Source of the DNA: a bacterium
GTDB taxonomy: Bacteria > UBA8248
DNA: 64,000 nucleotides
Assembly (NCBI GenBank): GCA_965199855.1
Contig: OZ241326.1
Span: forward strand, 1,664,001 to 1,728,000
Direction of reading: 5' to 3'
This document shows, piece by piece, positions 30,492 through 38,262 of the stretch (position 1 is its first letter; each line of letters starts with the position of its first letter). A model generated the notes under the pieces. That model was given only the letters and a program-made list of their open reading frames with translations. It made no database searches and had not been told where the DNA came from. The position numbers and the translations under genes are program-made.

Positions 30492-31004
30492 TCAGTCCGC
30501 GGAGGGCCAGGCCATGCCGTGGTCGCGGAGGATTTCGCGGAGTTTCGAGACGTTGATCAGCTCCATGGGCGCGCCTTCGGAATACTTCTGCACCTCTTCG
30601 GTGAAGTATCCCGTCGATATCAGGATGCCCTTGAGCGCCCGCTCGGCGCGCACGGTGTCGGAGAGTCCGATTACTCGTATCGAATTCACGAAGTCGCCCT
30701 CGGGCGCCAGGATGCCGTGGATGATGTAGTCGCCGCCGATGATGGGGGCGGGGTTGTGGGCGAGGATATCGATTTCCTCCTCGTTCACCCAGTGCGTCTC
30801 GACGACGCGCATGTTCATGCCCTCGAGCAGCTCGACGAGCATCCGCTCGAATTCCCGGGGCGGCATCCGGCGCAGGGAGTCGATTTCGGCGTCGTCCGCG
30901 TCTTTTCCCGCGTCCGCCTCGAGCGCGACGTTCGAGGTGGTTCGCTTGACGAACAGGATGGTGATGAAGCCCAGGATGAGCGCGAAGAATATGAGTTCCA
31001 GCAT
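30492..31004 (-). CDS. membrane-anchored Mrr_cat-like (restriction endonuclease fold) protein
   Basis: N-terminal TM, PREFERMLVELL, EIDILA, KGILISTGYFT, MELIN...L pattern of Mrr_cat; the catalytic Lys position appears replaced. Confidence 0.72.
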   Translation of the reverse strand: MLELIFFALILGFITILFVKRTTSNVALEADAGKDADDAEIDSLRRMPPREFERMLVELLEGMNMRVVETHWVNEEEIDILAHNPAPIIGGDYIIHGILAPEGDFVNSIRVIGLSDTVRAERALKGILISTGYFTEEVQKYSEGAPMELINVSKLREILRDHGMAWPSAD

Positions 31005-31112
31005 GTCGGCGCTCCCGGGCTTTTGGGGAAAGAAGCGTCCCGCCGCGGCGAAGCGGCCGGGATTCGGGGCGGCTGACGCGCGGACGCCGCGCCCGGACGG
31101 GCGAAAAGGAGG

Positions 31113-31280
31113 CTATCGAATCATCTCGTCATACACGTCGTCCTTCTTGCCTTTTTCGATGAGCTTGTCGTGCCGGAGTCCCTGCGAGATCGCCAGCCAG
31201 ACGAAATACGCCACCAGGGGAATCATGAAGGCGATGGGGATGTTGTCGGGCTTCGTCAGAATGGCCAGAAAATTTTCCAT
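31113..31280 (-). CDS. 55-aa single-TM protein with a KPDNIPI motif
   Basis: MENFLAILTKPDNIPIAFMIPLVAYFVWLAISQGLRHDKLIEKGKKDDVYDEMIR; GAGGAAAGGGA upstream; protein-like 3' part of ORF 31113..31460. Confidence 0.72.
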   Translation of the reverse strand: MENFLAILTKPDNIPIAFMIPLVAYFVWLAISQGLRHDKLIEKGKKDDVYDEMIR

Positions 31281-31522
31281 GTCGAAAATCCCTTTCCTCG
31301 GCGACCGGGCGTTGAGGGAGACGCTTCTGATTCGGGGCATTCTGGCGGAAATCCCCTTCGGGGGCAAGGAGCCGGAAGCCCCGCTCCCGAAAAAAAGGCT
31401 CCTCGCCCGGGACGCGCCTTGACAACCGGCGCGCGGAATGGGTATATCCATGGGAATCACGCCGCCGGAACGGGCGAAGCCCGCCTTCCGGCGAATCGCC
31501 CCTACGAGAACGAGGCGGAGCG

Positions 31523-32002
31523 ATGCCCCACTTCATCTTCGACGCCTGCATCGGGTGCTCGGTGTGCGAGCCCGTTTGTCCGACGAAGGCCATCACGGGC
31601 GAGCCGCGCGAGATCTACAAAATCGACCCCACCCTCTGCATCGACTGCGGCGTGTGCGGCAAGTATTGCCCGGCGTTCGCCATCCAGGACGACGAGGGCG
31701 AGGTGATACGCAACATCAAGCACAAGGAGATGCCCAAGGCGTTCGTCCTGGAGGAGAACTGCACGGGTTGCGTCTGGTGCGTGGACGTCTGCCCGTTCGA
31801 CTGCATCCGCATGGCGCCCTCGTCCGTCGAGCGGGATCACAGCGCGGTGGCCGTCGTGGATCAATCCACCTGCGTCGGCTGCCGGCTCTGCGAGGAGATT
31901 TGCAACAAGGGGGCGATCATCGTGCCGAAGCACGAGGACGAGTCCGAATACATGACGCCGTTCATGCACGAATTCGTAACCTCCCCCCTTCGCGCCTATT
32001 GA
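31523..32002 (+). CDS. polyferredoxin with four [4Fe-4S] motifs
   Basis: CIGCSVCEPVC, CIDCGVCGKYC, CTGCVWCVDVC and CVGCRLCEEIC. Confidence 0.92.
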   Translation: MPHFIFDACIGCSVCEPVCPTKAITGEPREIYKIDPTLCIDCGVCGKYCPAFAIQDDEGEVIRNIKHKEMPKAFVLEENCTGCVWCVDVCPFDCIRMAPSSVERDHSAVAVVDQSTCVGCRLCEEICNKGAIIVPKHEDESEYMTPFMHEFVTSPLRAY

Positions 32003-32026
32003 GCGCGTCGAAGCCGGGCCGTTCCG

Positions 32027-32053
32027 ACTCCCCCGTCCCGGGGGAGTTTTTTT
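32027..32053 (+). terminator. intrinsic terminator
   Basis: ACTCCCCCG-TCC-CGGGGGAGT followed by TTTTTT just after the ferredoxin stop. Confidence 0.8.
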
Positions 32054-32069
32054 CGTCCGCGCGAACTCC

Positions 32070-32098
32070 TTGACGCCGAAGGCGGGCTTGGGTAGCTT
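32070..32098 (+). promoter_or_regulatory. putative sigma70 promoter for rel-nfi
   Basis: TTGACG-N17-TAGCTT immediately after the terminator. Confidence 0.4.
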
Positions 32099-32185
32099 TC
32101 CGGGCCGTGGCCGGATGGAGGGGGCGGCCCCGCTCTTTCCGGGGACGAGCCGCCGCCGGAGCCGGTCGAAAGAGGAGGGAATCCG

Positions 32186-34411
32186 TTGCCTCCGGTCTTG
32201 ACGCCGCGTCCGCCCGCCCGGATCATGGACATCATCGATCTGGTCGAGGCGTATTCGCCCGACTGCTCGGAGATGCTCACCAGGGCCTATATCTTCACGG
32301 CGAAAGTCCACAAGGGGCAGTCCCGCGTTTCCGGGGAGCCCTACATATCCCATCCCCTGGAGGTGGCCCGCATTCTGGCGGAACTGCGCCAGGACCCCGA
32401 GACGGTATGCGCCGGCCTGCTGCACGACACCGTGGAGGACACCTCGACGACGCTCGGGGAGATTGACGAACACTTCGGGGAGCATGTCGCCGAGCTCGTG
32501 GACGGCGTCACGAAGCTGGCGAAGATCGACAGCTCGAACACCCAGATCCGGCAGGCGGAAAGCTACCGCAAGATGCTGATCGCCATGTCGAGGGACATCC
32601 GGGTCATCATCATCAAACTCGCCGACAGGCTCCACAACGCGCTGACCCTTCATCATCTCCCGCAAAAAAGGCGGGAGCGCATCGCTAGGGAGACGGCGGA
32701 AATCTACGCCCCGCTTGCCAATCGCATCGGCCTCGGCTGGCTCAAGGGGGCGCTGGAGGACGTGGCGTTCAAGCATCTGCGCCCCAGGGAGTTCCTGGAG
32801 ATTGACGAAATGCTCCGCGACGGCCTCGAGGACCGCGAAGCGTATATGGAGCGCGTCATCGCGGATCTGAACGAAAGCCTCGGGGAAGCGGGCGTCAGCG
32901 CGGAGGCGTCCGCCAGATTCAAGCTTCACTCCAGCATCTACGAGAAGATGCAGACGCAGAATCTCGACTTCCACCAGGTGTATGACATTTGCGGCGTGCG
33001 CGTCATCGTGGACGACGCGAAGGACTGCTACGCGGTGCTGGGGGTTCTGCATTCGCGCTGGACGCCCATCCCCGGACGCTTCAAGGACTACATCGCCCTG
33101 CCCAAGGCGAATCTGTATCAGTCTCTTCACACCACCGTCCTGGGGCCGGCGGGGCAGAGGGTCGAATTCCAGATTCGCACGCGGGAGATGCACCGCGTGG
33201 CGGATGAGGGCATCGCCGCGCACTGGAAATACAAGGGAGGCGAGGAGGTCAACGACGACATGGCCGACAAGTTCGAGTGGCTCAGGAGAATCGTGGAAAG
33301 CCTGAGCGAAGAGGCCGATCCGCGCAATCTGGTCGATTCCGTGAAGGTCAATCTGTTTCAGGACGAGGTGTTCGTCTTCACACCCCGGGGAGATGTGAAG
33401 AGCTTCCCGCGCGGGGCGACGCCTGTCGATTTCGCCTTCTCGATCCATACGGATTTGGGCAGCCGCTGCGTGGGCGCCAAGATCAACGGGAAAATCGCGC
33501 CCTTGAGCAGGCTCCTCGAAAACGGCGACATCGTCGAGATATTCACGAATCAGCACCGAAAGCCCAGCGTGGACTGGATGAAGTTCGTCGTCACCGCCAG
33601 GGCGAAGCAGAAGATCAGAAACTGGATCAGGCAGGAGCAGCGGGAGCGCTCCCTCACGCTCGGCGAGGAGCTGCTCGAGCATGAGCTGAGCCGGTGCGTG
33701 AGGATTTCCTCGCCATACATGAGCCCCCGCGCCCTGCGGGAGGCGGCGCGCTTCTTCGGGGTTCAGAGCGACAAGGACCTTCTGGCGGGGATTGGCTTCG
33801 GGCGCGTATCCGCGCGCCAGGTCGCCTACAAGCTGCTGCCCGAGGAGCTCGTGCGCGAGCGGGAGAGGAAGGACAGGTCCCGCCTCAGGCGTCTGGTGCA
33901 CCGCGTGAGCCGCCACAGGAGCCGGCCGGGCATTCTCGTGAAGGATCAGGACGACGTGCTGGTTCGCTACGGAAAATGCTGCCAGCCGATTCCGGGCGAT
34001 GAGATCGTCGGCTTCATCACGCGCGGACGCGGCGTGACGGTGCACAACGAGGACTGCCCCAACATCAAGGCGCTGATGGACGAGCAGGAGCGCCTCGTGG
34101 AGGTTTCCTGGGGCGAGGTCGGCAGGGAGATGCACCTGGTGACGCTCGTGGTGGAGGCGCGGGACAGGCCGGGCGTGCTGGCGAGCCTGAGCGCCGCCAT
34201 CGCCGCGTGCGACGCGAACATCTCCCGCGTCTCGGCCGAGGCCTCCCACAAGAAGGCGGAGATTCGCCTGGACGTCCAGGTGCGCGATCTGGCCCACCTC
34301 AACGAGGTTCTCAAGAGGATTCACGAGGAGAAGTTCATCCTCTCCGTCAATCGAATCGCGCCCGAAGTCGCGCCCCGCAGGGGAGAGGTTCCGAAAATTC
34401 GCTCGGACTAG
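32186..34411 (+). CDS. spoT: bifunctional (p)ppGpp synthetase/hydrolase (long RSH, Rel/SpoT)
   Basis: Intact HD hydrolase (GEPYISHP, LLHDTVED), KLADRLHN, RFKDYI, YQSLHT, AAHWKYK, TGS, KCCQPIPGD and ACT domains. The start may be ATG 32225. Confidence 0.94.
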   Translation: MPPVLTPRPPARIMDIIDLVEAYSPDCSEMLTRAYIFTAKVHKGQSRVSGEPYISHPLEVARILAELRQDPETVCAGLLHDTVEDTSTTLGEIDEHFGEHVAELVDGVTKLAKIDSSNTQIRQAESYRKMLIAMSRDIRVIIIKLADRLHNALTLHHLPQKRRERIARETAEIYAPLANRIGLGWLKGALEDVAFKHLRPREFLEIDEMLRDGLEDREAYMERVIADLNESLGEAGVSAEASARFKLHSSIYEKMQTQNLDFHQVYDICGVRVIVDDAKDCYAVLGVLHSRWTPIPGRFKDYIALPKANLYQSLHTTVLGPAGQRVEFQIRTREMHRVADEGIAAHWKYKGGEEVNDDMADKFEWLRRIVESLSEEADPRNLVDSVKVNLFQDEVFVFTPRGDVKSFPRGATPVDFAFSIHTDLGSRCVGAKINGKIAPLSRLLENGDIVEIFTNQHRKPSVDWMKFVVTARAKQKIRNWIRQEQRERSLTLGEELLEHELSRCVRISSPYMSPRALREAARFFGVQSDKDLLAGIGFGRVSARQVAYKLLPEELVRERERKDRSRLRRLVHRVSRHRSRPGILVKDQDDVLVRYGKCCQPIPGDEIVGFITRGRGVTVHNEDCPNIKALMDEQERLVEVSWGEVGREMHLVTLVVEARDRPGVLASLSAAIAACDANISRVSAEASHKKAEIRLDVQVRDLAHLNEVLKRIHEEKFILSVNRIAPEVAPRRGEVPKIRSD

Positions 34412-34449
34412 GCGCGCTTCGCCCGAATCGGCGGCGGAGAGGACGCCTC

Positions 34450-35157
34450 ATGGCTCGCGGCGCATCCATGCCTGATTTGCTCGATCACCCCTGGGAAATC
34501 ACCCCCGCCGAGGCGATGCGGGTTCAAGGCGCGCTTCGGAAGCGTCTGGCGCGCCATCCGCTGGCCGCCCGGCCCAAAACAATCGCGGGCGCGGACGTCT
34601 CCTGCCCATGGCGCGGCGAATCCGGCGTCGGCGGGATGGTCGTTTTCTCCTGGCCCGACATGCGAATCGTCGATGAATCGTTCCATGCCGGAGCGCTGCG
34701 CTTTCCCTACGTCCCCGGTCTGCTCTCCTTTCGGGAGGGCTTTTTGCTCGAAAAAGCCTTTCTGGGTCTGCGGGAGAAGCCGGATCTCGTCATTTTCGAC
34801 GGTCAGGGAGCGGCGCACCCCCGGGGGTTCGGCATCGCCTCGCACCTGGGGCTGCGGCTGGGCCTGCCTTCCATAGGATGCGCCAAGAGCCGCCTGTTCG
34901 GCGACGCTCCCGAGGCGCCGGGCGAGGAGAAGGGGGATTGGCGGCGCCTCCGCTCCCCGGACGGGCGCGAGATAGGCGCGGTTCTCAGAACGAGGCGCGG
35001 CGTGAAGCCCGTGTATGTCTCTCCCGGCCACCGCATCGACATCGAGGATTCGGTTCGCTGGGTGCTGAAGACGACTTCCCGATACCGCCTGCCCGAGGTG
35101 ATTCGCGCGGCGCACAGGCGCGTGAACGAAGAGCGAGTGAGGCGAAAAATCACATAG
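34450..35157 (+). CDS. nfi: endonuclease V
   Basis: GADVS, FPYVPGLLSFRE, DGQGAAHPRGFGIASHLG, IGCAKS, KPVYVSPGH, YRLPE. Confidence 0.94.
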   Translation: MARGASMPDLLDHPWEITPAEAMRVQGALRKRLARHPLAARPKTIAGADVSCPWRGESGVGGMVVFSWPDMRIVDESFHAGALRFPYVPGLLSFREGFLLEKAFLGLREKPDLVIFDGQGAAHPRGFGIASHLGLRLGLPSIGCAKSRLFGDAPEAPGEEKGDWRRLRSPDGREIGAVLRTRRGVKPVYVSPGHRIDIEDSVRWVLKTTSRYRLPEVIRAAHRRVNEERVRRKIT

Positions 35158-35214
35158 CGAAGAAAGAAGCCGCGCCCCGTCCCGGCGCTTCCGCGTCGAG
35201 CGGCCGCGCGGAGG

Positions 35215-38121
35215 CTACCCAGACGACGCGCCGCGCGGGGACGCCGCTTCGGGTTTTGCGGCCTGCGGCGCGCCGCCCTCCGCCCCGGGGGCGGGGACGA
35301 AGTTCTTCTCGATCATCAGGTAGTCCCGAATCGCGCGGATTTGGCGATACGCATCCCCTCCGAGCGTCTCCTCGTCGATGGGCTCGCCATGGCTCTCGAT
35401 GCTTCCCTTGCCGATGGTCTTTCCGAGATCGACGGGGGAGGAGATGATCATCTTTTTCTCATCCATGCTCATCACCCGGACAAGGTGGGCGCTCCCGCCG
35501 ATGCGCAGGGTGGCCAGCTGCTCCTCGGCCAGCTCGGCCTCTTTCGCGGTTTCCAGCTCGTAGGCGAAGCGGCCCTCCTCCTTCTCGCCCCGCGTCCCCT
35601 TGACGACTTCGGCCCGCGCCCCCGCGCCTTCAAAGAAATTCGGCATTCTGGTTCCCGGCTGAATCTTGCCCGGGTTCACAAGCCAGTCGAATATCCAGTC
35701 GGGACGCAGGCGGCTTTTGGTGAACAGGAGGTTCGGCGCGGTCGGGGGTTCCTGCCCCGCCGGGGGCGGCCACTCTCCATGACAGGAGAGGCATTCCGCC
35801 TTCGTGAACAGCTCCTTTCCGGCTTTCCGGCTTTCCGCGCTCACGTTCGCGGCGTCGAAATGGACGTAGGGGCGAAGTTTCGAGTCCAGCGCGGCGAAGT
35901 AGTCCACGAGCGCGGCGGCGTCCTCCTCGGGCATCTGGAAGCTGGGCATCCGCACCTTCAGCCAGGGCCTCAAGGTCACGACGTCGCGCAGGAAGCCGAA
36001 GAACCAGTCCGGCTGCACCTTCCTGCCCTCGCCGTTCAGCGGGGGCGGGCCTTTCGCCTTGTCCTGGTAGCGCCGGAGGAGGTCGCCGCCCCAGTTCTCG
36101 ATCACGTGGCAGCCGCTGCAGTTGTATTTTTCGATCATCCGGCGGCCTTTTTCGATGCGCCTCGCGCGATCGTCCAGCCTGACGTGGACGCTGTGCGGCG
36201 CGCCGTGCGGCGTCATGGAGCGGAGCAGGGTGCGTATGGCGGTGACTTCCGCGTCGCTGAGCTCGAAATTCGGCATCAGGAGGGCTTCGCGCTCCGTCTG
36301 GTAGATTTGCGGGTTCTTGAGCTTGCCGAAGGTCCACGCCTCCCATGTGTGCGGCGTATCGACCACGTTCCCGAACGAAAGCTCGAACGGCTTCTTGGCG
36401 GCGAAGCGGGTGAGGTCCGGCCCGATTTTGGAGAGCGCCTCCGTGCCGGGAATGACGTGGCAGCCGAAGCAGCCTCGCGTCGCCACGAGCTTCCTGCCCC
36501 GCTCGAAGGAGGCCGCGTCGCCCAGCTTCCGGGGCTTCGGCCGCTTGGACGGCGGCGTGAGGCTGATGAGGTAGGCCGTCACCGCGCTCGCCTCCTCATC
36601 CGAGAGGCGCAGACTGGGCATCTTCGTGTCGGGCCAATACGCCTTGGGGTTTTTCAGCCACCGGCGCAGCCAGTCGGGCCGCACCTTCGCGCCGATGTTC
36701 TGAAGGGCCGGGGCGAAGTCCCGGTTGCGATAGACGATGGGCCTTCCGTTCACGCCCTCGAGGGGCGGGCCGGGGTTCAGGTCGCCTTCGCCCCGGACGT
36801 GGCAGCCCAGGCACCCGACGGACTCGAAGACGGCTTTTCCCTTTTCAATCCGCGCGGGGTCGTCCAGGTTCGGAGCCTCGCCCGGCTCCGCCTTCCGCTT
36901 GCCCTGCCGCCAGACGTAGGTGGCGATGTCGAACGCCTCCTGATCCGTCAGGCTGAAATAGGGCATTCGGGTGCGCGGGTTGTAGTCTTTCGGCTTCTTG
37001 ATCCAGGAGACGAGCCAGGAGGGCGACACCTTTTCCTGAATTCTCGACAAGTCCGGCCCCGCCTTGCGCAGACCCTCTGTGCCCGGCAGGGTGTGGCAGC
37101 CGTTGCACCCCATCTCCCGCGCGAGGGAGATGCCGCGCGAGATTTGCGGCGCCCCGGGAATGTTGAACTGCTCCGCGTGGCAGCTTCTGCACTTGGTCTG
37201 GGTCTCGCTGCCGTACAGCATGGGGTCTTCCCAGAACTGCACGTGGCCGTGGGCCTTCTCCACGCTGGTGACGGCGGTTCCCTGTCCGCCGTGGCAGAGG
37301 GTGCAGCCGACCTTGTTGAATTCGTGCTTCGAGAGATAAAGGCGCCGGTCGGGGTGCGTGCGGAACGGCTGGGGCGCGTTTTCAAACCCCGCCCGGTTGA
37401 TTCCCAGGTGGCAGGTCTGGCACCGCTCCACCTTCATCACCGGCTCGTTGAAGTTGTTGCGCTCGTATTCGCGCAGGACGATCTGGTTGATCTCGTAGGG
37501 CCGGCCGGCGATGCCCTGGAGTCGCCGCTCCTGGAAGGAAATCGCGCTCGCGGCTTTTCGCCGCGCCGCCTCGAGCGCTTCCAGTTCCTTCCTCCTGGCT
37601 TCAATCTTCGCCTTTATCGCGTCCCTGGCGGCTTCCGCCTTCTCCGCGATCGGCTGTATCTGGTCGAGCTGGGCCTTGGCTTCATCGACTTCTTTTTGCT
37701 CGGCCTCCTTGTCGTGTCCCTGGCGAATGGCTTCCTGGAGGTAGAAATAGGACTGGTCGAAAAGGGCTTTTCGGAAGCCCAGCTCCTGGACTTTCTCGAA
37801 GGCGTCGAGCTCGCTTTCGGCGAACGCCTCCCTGAGCGCCTTCAGCTCCTCGTCGCTGGCGAGCTTCTGCTTTTGGGCGGCGATTTTCCGGTCGAGTTCG
37901 GAGATTCGGGAGCCGCTCGACGCCCTGAGGCCGGCGAGCTCCTTCTCCACGAGCGCCTTCTCGTAGGCGTTGAACTCTTTTTGATACTGCTTCCAGGGCC
38001 TGCGCGTGAACGCCTCGTCCCACACCGTCCAGAACGTGACGGCGACCATGACGAGCCCGAGAATGAAGAAGGGAACGGGACTGGTTTTCTCCTCCGGAGG
38101 CTTGAAGTCTCTACCTTGCAT
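35215..38121 (-). CDS. membrane-anchored octaheme cytochrome c with an N-terminal coiled coil
   Basis: One N-terminal TM, a long coiled coil, eight CxxCH motifs (CQTCH, CTLCH, CRSCH, CNGCH, CLGCH, CFGCH, CSGCH, CLSCH) and repeated GPDL/W..NP...MP class I domains. Confidence 0.9.
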   Translation of the reverse strand: MQGRDFKPPEEKTSPVPFFILGLVMVAVTFWTVWDEAFTRRPWKQYQKEFNAYEKALVEKELAGLRASSGSRISELDRKIAAQKQKLASDEELKALREAFAESELDAFEKVQELGFRKALFDQSYFYLQEAIRQGHDKEAEQKEVDEAKAQLDQIQPIAEKAEAARDAIKAKIEARRKELEALEAARRKAASAISFQERRLQGIAGRPYEINQIVLREYERNNFNEPVMKVERCQTCHLGINRAGFENAPQPFRTHPDRRLYLSKHEFNKVGCTLCHGGQGTAVTSVEKAHGHVQFWEDPMLYGSETQTKCRSCHAEQFNIPGAPQISRGISLAREMGCNGCHTLPGTEGLRKAGPDLSRIQEKVSPSWLVSWIKKPKDYNPRTRMPYFSLTDQEAFDIATYVWRQGKRKAEPGEAPNLDDPARIEKGKAVFESVGCLGCHVRGEGDLNPGPPLEGVNGRPIVYRNRDFAPALQNIGAKVRPDWLRRWLKNPKAYWPDTKMPSLRLSDEEASAVTAYLISLTPPSKRPKPRKLGDAASFERGRKLVATRGCFGCHVIPGTEALSKIGPDLTRFAAKKPFELSFGNVVDTPHTWEAWTFGKLKNPQIYQTEREALLMPNFELSDAEVTAIRTLLRSMTPHGAPHSVHVRLDDRARRIEKGRRMIEKYNCSGCHVIENWGGDLLRRYQDKAKGPPPLNGEGRKVQPDWFFGFLRDVVTLRPWLKVRMPSFQMPEEDAAALVDYFAALDSKLRPYVHFDAANVSAESRKAGKELFTKAECLSCHGEWPPPAGQEPPTAPNLLFTKSRLRPDWIFDWLVNPGKIQPGTRMPNFFEGAGARAEVVKGTRGEKEEGRFAYELETAKEAELAEEQLATLRIGGSAHLVRVMSMDEKKMIISSPVDLGKTIGKGSIESHGEPIDEETLGGDAYRQIRAIRDYLMIEKNFVPAPGAEGGAPQAAKPEAASPRGASSG

Positions 38122-38189
38122 TGTGAAAAAACGCTCCCCCCGGCGTTTTGAGCGAAAATCGCGGGCGCTTCCCGTCTGAAATCGGGCTG

Positions 38190-38218
38190 ATTATAGGTAT
38201 GGGCAAAAGGGGCGTCAA
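38190..38218 (-). promoter_or_regulatory. near-consensus sigma70 promoter for the octaheme cytochrome
   Basis: Minus strand TTGACG-N17-TATAAT, about 70 nt upstream of the ATG at 38121. Confidence 0.75.
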
Positions 38219-38262
38219 CCGCAGGGCGGATAGTTTTGACTCAAGGCGCGCCGCCGGCCGGT

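Noticed and set aside
30492-31004. Type IV restriction or anti-phage defence island
   Set aside because: It is a single gene with an altered catalytic motif among housekeeping genes; nfi nearby is a DNA repair enzyme.
31419-31448. Promoter with a perfect TTGACA upstream of the ferredoxin
   Set aside because: The -10 candidates (GTATAT or TATATC) fit poorly, so it is too weak to list as a feature.
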